NCBI GenBank assembly: GCA_000708835.1
Contig: DF236968.1
Span: 124,001 to 188,000, forward strand
Reading direction: 5' to 3'
DNA from: Klebsormidium nitens
Taxonomy: Eukaryota; Plantae; Klebsormidiophyceae
DNA: 64,000 nucleotides
Position numbers and translations under genes: made by a program
Shown here: in pieces, positions 11,517 to 23,008 of the stretch
Layout: each line of letters begins with the position of its first letter
How positions within the stretch are numbered: the first letter of the stretch is position 1
Notes under the pieces: generated by a model
Told to the model about the DNA's origin: nothing
Database searches by the model: none
What the model saw: the letters and a program-made list of their open reading frames with translations, nothing else

Positions 11517-14359
11517 CTACCTCTCCAAGAGGCCTTTCACGTATATTTTCCCCTTTTCCCTCATGTCCAGCTCTCGTCGGAACCTCTCAATCTCCTCGTC
11601 GTCTCCCTCGACTATGATGTCTGTCGACACTTCGTCGTCGCTAGTCACCATCTTGACCTTGACCTTCTCCTTCCTGGAAGCCTTACGCCAATAATAAACG
11701 CCCCTGGAAAAAAAGGAACGCACGAGTCACAATCCTGCGAGCATTGACTATCCGTTACCCGTTTCCCGTCTTCTTAGCTAAACAAAAAAAGTTGGGAGTG
11801 GACTTCAGCCGTAGAATCTGGCAAAGTATGCTGCGATGTTTCCAAATTCTGAACTACGCTGCTCCAAACTTTACCTGCTGATTCAGATCGACAGTTCTTC
11901 GCAACACTGTCCCGCTGCCAGCATCGTCCGTGAAGATACTAAGCCAAAACATTCTCATCGCTAAAGGATACTGCCAATGAGAGTTTGAGTCTGTTCCCAC
12001 CGAAAAAGGTATGCTTGTCTCATCGTTCTGAGACATTCAAACCACTTGTGAACCACTTTGAGGCAGCAACTGTACACGACTTGCAAACATACCCGGTCTC
12101 AAAAGCGCCCATGATATCGGTCCAGTTTTCATTCCTCGCTTCACAAAAAAAGCGTGGGACACGACTGACTCTTCGCTTCACAAACAAGCATGGACGCAGA
12201 AAGGATGCGCACAGTATTGCACGCCCCCGCAAAGAAACCTTTTGGCAGCTCTCCACGGCCTCGTTAGACCCGTGTCCCTGCTCAAGAACGGCCCGTAACG
12301 AAGGCAGCAAGAAAAACTAGAGCAAACGAAACAGATCTTCCAGCCAAAAAACCGACTCAATCGACGTCACGGTCAAACAACGGCAAGGGTTCAGTATCAA
12401 CGGAGGCCGGGATACTCACGCGAGGGGGCTCAACAGAGTCATCCCGTACCACTTCTCCCCAACATCTGGCACTGCGATGCTCAGCACCAGGGCTATACTC
12501 AAGAGACCGAGCGCCGCGCAGAACGTCAGGAACGCTGCCTGGCCTCTGCTGGGCGCGACGTTCCCCTCAAACCTGAGAAAAAGAACGAAGTAATCCATGT
12601 GTACAGATTTGGAGTACGAGTTTGTCCGGATACAGACTGGACGACAGTGCACAGAATCTTCTGCTTGCATCCACTTTGACCATATCGCTGATTATCCGAT
12701 GGTATAATATGCTCCTCCTTCTGAACGCCCTTGCCTTCGCAAGCGCACGGATTCACCAATCCTCTATCAACAAAAATACTAAAGTTTCAAAAGAGATGCA
12801 CTCATGTCTCAAACAATCTTTGATGAGCCTCTGAGATATACAGAGCCGAAGGAATTCTGATTGCATTGTATGAGCACAGAATGTTTGAGGGACCTCGGAA
12901 CCACCAGCCAGTACGAACTTCCATTCAACGTGGCCACCAGTAACAGGTGAGCGGAGCAGTGACACAGCCCTTGATCTTCGCGCCTTTTCAATTTCACGCT
13001 TCAAAAGATTGAAGCACTTACAGCTGTGCGTCAACCTTGCCATTGCGGCGTCAACCCGAACTCATGGGTCCCCAATTACGAACCCGCGAGTCCAATTCTT
13101 GATCTTGAAAGTGGACACGCGAACTCAGGATCAAGAACGACGAGTTTCGGGTCGACGCCGCGATGGCAACTTTGACGAAAACAGCTGTAATACAGTCAAT
13201 TCCATGTTGCATATGGCCTCATGAGCGCGGCAGGCGCTGATCGCTCACGTGATGACTTCCCCGGTCCCTGCAATGCTGTAATTGTTGTTCTTGAAGAAGG
13301 TAGCAATCTCGCTGGCCACGCTGTCGAGAGGCTTTGCTTCCTCTTTCGCAGGCCCATCCACCACAAACGTCTTCTGTACAATCTGTCAACAGCGAAAGAA
13401 GATGAGTCAGCAGCAGAAGAGGACGTCAGCAACAGACAGAAATGTCAGCAGTAGAAAGGACTTTAGCAGCAGAAGAGGTTGAAGCAAAGGAAATTCGGAA
13501 CCAAAGGCGATCACCGGCAGCAAGATAGTACGATTCTGAGAGCGCAGCTTTCTAACATGTACAAAACACCACGCATCACAACAGACTGATAACAACAAAC
13601 ACGGTAGTCGATGAAAGGGCAGACTGCTTCTGCCAACTTCTGGGCTTGGCTCTGATAGGATTGGTGGTACAATTGTAAACCGTCCATGCTGGTAAAATTT
13701 CTCGCAAAGCACTCCAAACTCAAAACAAGACTATACAATTCAGACACGGCTGCCACAGACATGAAACATTGGATCAACTGTCTACAGTCGCCAGATGAAA
13801 GGGTTGTCCAACCTGCATGGATAAATGTGACTCGCTGATGCATGCTTTGAGGCAAAACATGTAGTGACGCCCGCCTAAAGCACGCCCGGCCGGAAAAACA
13901 CACCACTGGGGACCGAAAAGATGCAAATCGAAGACATACCTTGGACTTGGTCGAGCGTTTGATGAGCGACCAAAGGCCGGGAGCAGAGAGCACAAAAAGG
14001 CCGAGAGTGGTATAGTAGCTTGCTTGCGAATACCCCCCCGCCGGAGAATCTGCTGATGCAAGGGCTCCGATGACTAGAGGAGCTGCAAAGCTATACAGGA
14101 CTGTGGTGTCAGGTCCTTTGTCCGCAATTTGAGGACTTATTTTAGGCTGTGTCTGTATAAGATCTTTGCTGGAGCTTTTTGGCTGCAGTCCGCATCTGCA
14201 GACGCCGTTTCTGCCGGCTGAACTATACCTTGTTCGTCCAGAAAGAAGAAGAGGAGCGGCAGGCAAAGTGTGGAAGAACCCGGAGGCGAGGGAGGAGGTA
14301 ACCTGCTGATTCAGCAGTGTCGGCCGCTGCAGCATTGCCTGGGAGGTTGCGGAAGCCAT
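11517..14359 (-). CDS. CCB1: Cofactor assembly of complex C subunit B CCB1, chloroplastic (heme ci attachment to cytochrome b6), ~297 aa, 4 exons
   Basis: Exons 14359-13940, 13382-13249, 12572-12420, 11703-11517 join in phase. Motifs: ASYYTTLGLFVLSAPGLWSLIKRSTKSK, FEGNVAPSRGQAAFLTFC, LSPLAGVYYWRKASRKE, REKGKIYVKGLLER. Ser/Ala-rich transit-peptide-like N-terminus; upstream in-frame ATGs exist up to 14560. Confidence 0.93.
13400..13480 (-). repeat. Triplicated pyrimidine tract/branch-point unit at the 3' end of CCB1 intron 1
   Basis: cagcagcagaagagg, cagcagtagaaagg and tagcagcagaagagg in tandem; several CTGAC motifs on the coding strand. Confidence 0.65.
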
Positions 14360-15217
14360 GGTGAAGCGCCTGCTTTTCCCAGAAGTTCTGCCTGAAGTTT
14401 GTTGGACCCTGGGTGACTCTGAGGCGCCCGCAGCCTCATGCTCAGGCATGGCGCTGGTCGAGAGAGCCCAGAAATCTTGAGCATGTGAACAGGTTCTCAT
14501 GTGCCGGGTTGTGGAAGTTGTATTCAAAACCGTTACAACCGCTTCTTGGCTTCTAGGCATGAACCAAACGGCGCGGGCAGACTTGTGCCAGGAAACGGCA
14601 AATCCAGCCTCCAGGGCGTAGTTTCACCATGCCTTTCCTGACGGCCTGCCTAGGTTCGGCTACGTGGCCAATCCCAATGCTCCAGGATACTGAGCGATAC
14701 GCATCAACGGTGCAGAGTGCTTACTTTATTTAAAATCCTATCTGCCGCAGGATTAAAAGCGAGAGATGGACGGTCGAGGGTTATCCGATTCGTGTGCTTG
14801 ATTTAGACCGATGTACGACACGTGGCGTTCCGAGAATGTCGAAATATCTTGGACCGTCGGGTCGCTTGCCCTTTCGCGATGGCGGAAGCTGCTTGGCGAA
14901 GCTGCCGAGCAGCCTTTCGCACTTTCCAACGCTTTCCAGCTCCTCCACACGCTTTCAAACGCTTTCCAGCAATCTCATGTTGCGCCAGTTTTAGCTGCCA
15001 CTTTGATCCAACTCTATAGCAGCTCCATTGCCTTGCAGCTCTTCCACAATCCTTGAGAACACAGAACAGTAGGAAGCTGACTTGAACTTCAGCTTCTTTG
15101 CAGAACTCCAGGCGATCAGCTGTCACGTTCGAAGCAACTCCTCGTGATCGAAGTGAAGCCGAGTCCTTCTGCAAAAGCAAACGTAGTATTGCACAGTCAG
15201 TCCCTTTCCAGAGAGGA
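14360..15217. promoter_or_regulatory. Divergent (putative bidirectional) promoter between CCB1 and transaldolase, containing a 10-bp-period repeat
   Basis: Head-to-head start codons at 14359 (-) and 15218 (+). Six ~10-mers related to GCTTTCCAAC at 14911-14970. Confidence 0.45.
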
Positions 15218-18200
15218 ATGGCATTTTCTATCAGTGCAGCGTCCGTTGCGGGTCCCGCTAGCTTTACTAGTGCATCATGGAAGAGGCAGCAGGCCCCCTT
15301 CGTAAGCGTTCCAGCATTGTCCAGATTCTCTGGACTCAGCATTGCGCATCAGGGGCTTCACTCAGGATCAGAAGCAGCCAGCAAACTTCTGGTCAAATGT
15401 GTGCCAATGCCTCCCAGAGATGTGAGAATGAGGGGCGTAAACATGGTTGCAACTGAGCAGAAAGTGGCCACAAGCACGACGCTGACGGAGCTGTATGAGA
15501 AGGAGGGGCAGAGCCCTTGGCTGGACAATCTGAAGCGGGACTGGCTTCAGGTACTCCCTCATTATGCTCAATCTTTCTTGAGCTGGGACTCTTTGTCAAG
15601 AACCAATTCGGAGGCCAGCTGATGGAATTGGCATCTTTCAAGTAAATGCGAATGTGGTCGTTAAGAAGTTCTTCAAGGGTGGTTAGTCCGCATGAAGTTT
15701 TTTGAGACTGGTTCACTCTGATTGGGGCAGGTCATCTGACCAAGCTTCATTAGTAATGGCAGACGCCCCAGGGCAGACTATAAAGTATCTCAAGGACTTA
15801 ACACTTCATTCACAAGCAGAACACTGATTATTTGTAGCCAAAGTGGATTCCCAGTTGTTTTATGACCTCTTATCTTCATGGCACTCACATTGTTCCTGTT
15901 TTGTCCAGTGGGACAGGTATTCTAAGGACCTTGAAGAGACTAGCTGGCAACTGAAGCTTTAACGAAGAACTCTGATCAAATCCATGATGCATCAAACCAA
16001 CGGACTGCTTTTGATTTGAGCTGATTTGTACAATGTACTCAGCTCAGGGAAAATGCTCAACTTGCTTCAAAGTCGAAGGTGCAATTGAGAGTCACAAGTG
16101 TCTGCTGTTTGCCCACGGTTGAAAAGTTGGTTTCATGTTGGAGCCCCAGTCACTTCTTCAAGAACCAACGTCTTTTCAAGAAGTAGTCTGTTGAAGCAGT
16201 CAAAAGAATGCAACAAAGGTGGTCTGCTGAATTTGCTCAAGTATTCCACCTGAGTGACAAGATAGACTAGTTTTGTATCCTCTGTGAATCTTTCTTCGAA
16301 ATCCGACTTTGACATTCTCCTCTAATGCTACGCCAAGCATTATGTACTTTCCTTATCCAGAAAAGTACTCGTACTTGGAACAACTCTTTTTACCTTGATA
16401 ATCCTCTCAATGTCTGTACAGCCTTCTTGAGCATTCTTGCTCAATCTGCGAGTTGGTGGATGTTGATTGTATGGTTGGCCCGCTTTTGAGAATCAACTAA
16501 TGTCAACTTGGCAGTAGCCTCACGCTCTGAGCTGATGTGGCAATCGAGAATGGCAAGAGGAGGCCCTTTCATAGGAGGCTTTTTCTTTGAAGTTGTTCAT
16601 GAAAGGCAGGAACAGGTGATGCCGAAAATTCACCTTCAATTTGAAGTTTGGCCCCTTGACTGAAGCAGCCACCAACCCATTTGGAGTTTACATAGATTGT
16701 CGGTCTCAACTCTTGTCATACCTACCCCTAAGTAAAGTATCATTTTTTCAAGTAATCACTTTTGAAGGGGTTTTTGGAGGCCAGCTTCTGTGGAACAACT
16801 CCTCTGGAGCCTTCCAAAGGAATCTTGAAGAACACATACTCCAGAAAGAAATGTGTACCTCGGTGTGACGGCAAGGTATGTTGATGCTTCTCTGCAGAAC
16901 GGAGAGCTGCAGAAGTGGATCGACAACGGCGTACGGGGAATCACCTCCAACCCCACCATCTTCCAGAAGGCGATCGAAGGTTCCAACGCCTATGACGAGC
17001 AGTTCCGGAAGCTCATCGAGGGGGGCCTCTCTGTCGAGGAAAGCTACTGGGAGTTGGTGGAAGACGACATCAAAGAGGCGCTAAAGGTAAGGGGCTGAGA
17101 TTGTACGAGATTGTTGCAAGAAGGGCAGCAGGAGTGTAAGAAGCCAGTGTGAGAGTGTCTGGCAGCGGCAGTTCGAAGTCGTGTTTGAGGGTCAATATGA
17201 TACTTTGTTTTTCGAGATGATTCCATCTTTTTCAAGCGTTAGCTATGCTTCCAGAGAACCTCTATACTTTCTTCTGTATCTAAATGCCCTAAGAAAGTTT
17301 GATCACACTTGCCAAGTGTCAGGGTCCTTCGGGTTGCCGCGGCCGCTTTGCAGCGACGGCAGGGGTAGAATAGTCAAGTTCAAACCCGTCCAAAAGTGCT
17401 AAATACCCGGGACCTTGTCCGATCCGCATCCAGAAGTTGCCTTTGTGCTTGCGGGTTCACTACGATGAGTCTGACGGCGGGGTTGCCAAGTACGCAATAA
17501 ATAAGGTCAACCGGTACGTCTCTTAAGACTTTTAAACCCCCTAAGGCTGAATCCTAAATCCTTGTAAACCGTTTGAGTCAACTTTTGCTCATTCTACTTT
17601 TGATGGGGATGTGTTCTTTCCGTGATCGTCCAGCGATTCCGTCCGAAGACCCATCTCAACTTCTGGCACGATCATTCGGTTGCTGCGACAGTTGCTTCCA
17701 ATGCAATCTCACCCTTTGCCGCAATCATTCAGTTGCGGCGGCTGTACGACGAGTCTAAAGGTGGCGACGGCTACATATCGATCGAGTGCCACTTGTAATA
17801 TTTCTGAGTGTTCCTTTCCGATGTTGTCATTAAATCTATCCCATTCACGCCCTCATCCTGCAGTTGCTGCGGCCGCTGTACGACGAGTCTGACGGCGGCG
17901 ACGGCTACCTGTCAATTGAGTTCGACTCGTAGTATTTCTAAGTGTTCCTTTCCCATGTTGTGCTAAGAATATCGCTACAATAATCGCTGAAATTCCGGTC
18001 ACGCCCTGATCACTCAGTTGCTGCGGCCGCTGTATGACGAGTCGGACGGCGACGACGGCTACGTGTCGATCGACTTTGACTTGTAGTACTTCCAAGTGTC
18101 ATCGCTCAAACTAATCTTAGTCACGCCCTGATTATTCAGTTGCTCAGACCGCTGTATGACGAGTCGGACGGCGGCGACGGCTACGTGTCGATCGAGGTCG

Positions 18201-21200
18201 GTCCCGAGCTGGCGCGCGACTCGGAGCGCACGCTGGCCGAGGCGCGCAAGCTGCACGCGGTGGTCGGGCAGCCGAACCTGCTGGTCAAGGTCCCCGCCAC
18301 GCAGGAGGGGATCGAGCCCATCCGCGTGCTGACGTCAGAGGGCATCAGCGTCAACGTCACGGTGAGGACGCGGCTGAGAATCTCGGGTATGGTGGGAGTT
18401 GAGGGTTTCTTGATGATCAAGGGCGAATTGCAGAAGTAGCGGCAAAGTCGGCTGGCCCTAAAATGGGGTTAGGCTTTTTGGAAAGACACGCTCTGTTGCT
18501 CCCACGCAGTACGAGACACTTCGGTGTAAAGGAGCTCTTGATTGGGCCACTCGGCTCGCAGTTGCGAAACTAGGCCTCCAACGGTTCATAATCTTACTGG
18601 CCCTGAGAATGCAGACACTGGTCGCTGTTGCTAGTGATCCCGCGATTAGATTGCGAACCGGACTGTACAAATCCGAAGCCTGGGTCAGAATGAAATGCAA
18701 AATCAATCCTAAAGTTCCCAGCTGTAAGCAGAGAGTGTGAGCAGCACGGTCGGTCGGCTAGACCACTTCATCTTGACCTCGGATGCGGTGGAATCATCAG
18801 TAAATCGTCGTCTGATCAACCGTGCCTAGAAAGGAGATTCTAGGACGAAGCGACGACCCCTCTGACCCACTCGTTTGCCACGTGTGCCTAAGTTTGACTA
18901 CGACTGTAAAAGATTCAATGGCACGTAAGCCTGAGTCTGACGAAATTGGAAAAGAAAACAAAGCTGTCTTACTCCCGTCTTCGGCAGCTCATCTTCTCGC
19001 TAGAGCGCTACGAGGCGGTGATGGAGGCGTATGTGTCGGGGCTGGAGCAATATGAGGGCGACCTCTCCAAGGTGGCCAGCGTTGCGTCCTTCTTCATCAG
19101 CCGCGTGGACGTCGAGGTGCGGAACTTTATCATTATCTTGATTGCTTGTATTGGCGTCAGGGGGGTGTTTGAGCTCGCAGCGACAATTTTGTCACGGGTC
19201 GCGGGAATGTGATCTCTAAGAGAATTAGAAAGGCGGTCAGCTGGGGCGCTTGCTTTTGTGATATGGTCATTCGGTGGTCACCAGTTAGTGCAGTGAACTG
19301 GTGTGCATTTTGTAGGACGCACTCGCCTACGGAGCTTACCTACGCCTACCTATCAAGGCCACCTATCCTGGCAATTATTGTTCAGTGATTGTAGAGCCGG
19401 GAGTTTTACGCACATATCGTTGGCGTTGGAATCCTGATGCTTTGCGTAAAACAGAGTAACGGTCGCCAACGTTTGGCGACTTGGAGACCGCAGCGCACCT
19501 GGTTGAGTCGCCCGATCGTGGCCAAGTGGGCACTTCTACGACAACAGTGACGTCAATTACGGCAACTTAGCAGATGCCACTTTGGCCATCACCCTCGTTG
19601 AAAGTTTTGAGGGTCGACTAGGTATAGGCGTTATGACGCTGAGCACTCCTCCAGCCTCTTTACGGAAGGGCAGTTTGCTCAAATCGGCTCGTAATCTGGC
19701 GGCAGAGGGTTTGGAAGGTGGTGGCACTGCGTTTAAGCGCAGCTTCCCGAGGCATCTTTCAAGATCATCCTCTTCCCTGCGGAACGCAACCCTAAGCAAT
19801 TTGCAACTAACGCATTTGCATCATCACAGTTCCGTGATACGGCAAACCTCTCGAGTGCCGGTATCTAACAGCCATGCGACTCGTCCTGGGACGCGTGTCA
19901 ACCTGACAACCTCCCCTCCTACGCACCATCGACAAACGGCTCGACGCCATCGGCACCCCCAGGCGTTAGCGCTTGAAGATCGCGCCAGCAAACGACTCCC
20001 CGACTGTCAGTATAAGAGCCAAACGCATCCTGCTGAGCCACGTGCCACTAACAGAATCATTTGAAAATATTTATTGCAGATTGACAATCGGCTCGACGCC
20101 ATCGGCACCCCCCAGGCGCTGGCGCTCAAGGGCAAGGCGGGCATCGCGCAAGCAAAGCTGGCGTACGAGCTGTTCCAACGCAAGTTCAGCGGAGCCCGCT
20201 GGGAGGCGCTCGCGGCACGGGGCGCGCGGCCGCAGCGACCGCTTTGGGCGTCAACAGGTTAGTGAAACTAGCGTTGATAAGTTAGTGTAACTAAACCACT
20301 GTCAGAGCTACTCAAGCGCGAATTTATTATTCCGCACTGGGAGGCGTTCGTGGTGCGGGGCGCGTGGCAGCTGCGGCCGCTCGATGTGGCCGTCAAGGTT
20401 AGTGAAACCAGCGACAACAGGTTAACAAAAGTAGCTTCAACAGGCTAATGTACCGGCGCCATGAGATTCGTGTAATCTAACCACTGTCTGAGCTATTCGA
20501 ACACAAATCCAGCGGACCGCTCTGGGAGGCTCCTGCTGCGTTTGGGGGGCGGGTGCAGCGGCCGCTCTGGGCGGCAACAGATTGTCAAAGGTCAAGTAAA
20601 GTATTCTTCCCAAGGCAACGGAGCAAGCGATATTTTCATCCAGCCATCTTCCCTCTTCGCTTTCGTCTTGCTTACTGAATATCCATGTCACTTAAGCTCC
20701 ATCAGCCACATAAAGGGACGCTAAACCGTCAGAGCTCGCTCGCAGACGCCTGCATATATAAACGCTTCCGCAGACACCCCAGAAAAGCCGATCCGGCTAT
20801 CTTTACATCGATGCCCGTCCCTTCTACAACTCAAACCCATCGAAGTGTCCGCTTGCATAGATCAAAGGCCTTCTAGAGGGATCGACATCAAGCTCAATCT
20901 CCACGTCACTTCCGTTGCCATATGCAGCCCCCCCACAACCCCACCTAGGTATATCATAAGCTGATGCCCGCTTATACCTTTCCAGGCACCAAGAACAAGG
21001 CGTATTCGGACGTCCTGTACATCGAGGGCCTGGTCGGTCCGGACAGCGTGAACACCATTCCGGACGGCACGCTGACCGCGTTTTTAGACCACGGGAAAGT
21101 AAAGCGCGCGATCGACGTCGACGTGATCGGGGCGAAGCGGCTCATCTTCGGACAGCTGGATGTGCTTGGGATCCAGTTGGATGACGTATCCAAGGTGCTG

Positions 21201-22012
21201 GAGGACGAGGGAGTGGTGAGTTTTTTATTCTAGATTTCACCAACTTCTAGCCCGTCATTCTAGTTCTTTGCTCTTTCAAGATATTCTCAGCGTTTCGTCG
21301 CACAGCTGGACGTTCTGGGGAGTTTGTTGGATGGCGTGAAAAAAGTTGGGAATCATGTCGACACGGTTCAAGAGAGATCAAGTCCGTCGGCTCGCCACTT
21401 CCTCATGCTTTGGAGCTTTTGCGGTGCGATTCTGTGACCATCAGACGTCTTTGGGTCCCAGGCTACCTGATTTGTGAAAGGTGCCGTAGGGTAACGTTAT
21501 ATTGTGAGAGGACGGACTTGGTAACGCTTGAACCTCAGCGTTTGTTCGGGCATTCGAATACCTAGAACCACCACGAGTCCTTGAGCCGATCGGATGTGCT
21601 AGGGTTCCGCCTGAGCGCATCCTTGAAGGTTCAAAACGGGTGAGGAGGTTCTGAGGCACTGGAATTTTGAACTCCTAGAGCTTTAGCGCATACTAGAAGA
21701 GACGAGATCTTGCTGTGCTGCATGGTCGGACGGTTTGCCTGTAAAGACAACAACTCGCTTCAGCTGGTCGTTCCACAACTAGGTCTTCTTTCACTGGCGG
21801 TTGTGCGGTGTGAGATGTTTCTATTCAATCTGCAAGTGGCCGAAACGTCTGCACCGATAGGCTCGGCTGCGATTCACATTCTTGCCAGATCAATGCCGGA
21901 TCTGCAACGCGAATGACTCTTTTCGGGTTTACAGGCTTCGTTCCAAGCATCGGGCACCCACGTCTTTGGTGCACTAGAGGCCAAGGCTGCCCTCCTGAAA
22001 GCAGAGAAGTGA
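15218..22012 (+). CDS. TAL: Plastid transaldolase, ~452 aa, 7 exons
   Basis: Exons 15218-15550, 16898-17086, 18140-18361, 18988-19116, 20080-20257, 20986-21215, 21935-22012, all in phase. Motifs: [39 protein letters not shown] (Schiff-base Lys), [37 protein letters not shown]. Transit-peptide-like N-terminus. Confidence 0.97.
17330..18139 (+). repeat. Array of ~6 progressively decayed copies of the transaldolase exon 3 acceptor plus first ~20 codons
   Basis: Copies start at 18018, 17864 and 17733 (AG acceptor intact, in-frame stop after 22-23 codons), with older traces near 17680, 17461 (YDESDGG) and 17333. Confidence 0.9.
19925..21360 (+). repeat. Further intronic copies of transaldolase exon ends (exon 5 start, exon 5 end x2, exon 6 end)
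   Basis: 19928-19980 [11 protein letters not shown]; 20333-20410 and 20515-20590 resemble [15 protein letters not shown]|gttagtgaaac; 21294-21360 QLDVLG..LD.V.KV. Confidence 0.8.
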
Positions 22013-23008
22013 CAACAGGCAAGCAAAACGAGTTTAGTGGGGTTGGCCATGCGTTTGAGTCTTGTTTTTATTGGTGTAGAAGTATAAATGTTTTTGTACA
22101 TTAGTACCCGAGTTGTCTCGATGTAACTTTGCGAAGCATGGTACATTATATAGTAATAGAATAACGAGATGGAGCAGGCTGCGTGCTCACAGCATACTTC
22201 ACTTATTGAACGCCAGGTTCAAGCCGCAGAGAAGGATGTTAGATCCATGAACGCAGGCTTGTTCCTTACTTAGTTGTGGGTTGATATTCAACAGACACTC
22301 CTTAAGATATGCTTAGGCCGGCACACTGAAACTCCTTGCAATAGCAAGCGTCAGAGGATGGATCAAACACAACAGTTCCTGATTTAGAATTTTGTAATGA
22401 CGTTACTGAACAGAAACCTGCAAGGCATACTCCTAAGGATTGCCTAGAATATTTGCCTGAAGTTTCGCCGGCGCGCCTGAAGCCTACCATACGCGCGTGG
22501 AAGCCGGGTTACACGATCGACTCGGTTGATGCCCTTATGATATTGATTCATCCGGCCTGGTCCCTGAATCTCCACTGCAACATGCCCTGGCGCGTGACAT
22601 ATACTGGTAATCAAGTAGACGCACACGCGGCTGCCGCGGCCGTGCCATCGACGGTATCACGATATCATTACCATGCATCATGAGCAGATACAACTAGGTA
22701 CTCCTGTACTATGCAAAGTGCGCAATGCGCGCGTGCCAATCTCCTGCGGAGTTGTGCGCATGCAGGGCCGCCGCTCGGGCCTCAGAAAGTATTGTCAGCT
22801 GTACTCTTATATGCACGTCACGTGTGGCCGCGGGCGACGCCGTTCTGTCCTTCATAGCACGGCCGCATGTATCACTAAGCTAAAATTGCTTACAGGAGCG
22901 CTTCGCAATTCCCGGGCAACTTGCATGAAGACGATCCGATTAGGATTGAACTCACTGTGAGCGGATTACATGATTTCAATCAGCTTGAATCGCGTAAAGA
23001 AGTGCCAA

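Noticed and set aside
17330-18139. Repeat-spacer-like array suggesting CRISPR
   Set aside because: The units are copies of the adjacent eukaryotic exon start and intron end, they are divergent and unevenly spaced, and there are no cas genes.
15218-22012. Recent bacterial horizontal transfer of transaldolase
   Set aside because: Six spliceosomal introns, a transit-peptide-like N-terminus and plant plastid-type motifs.
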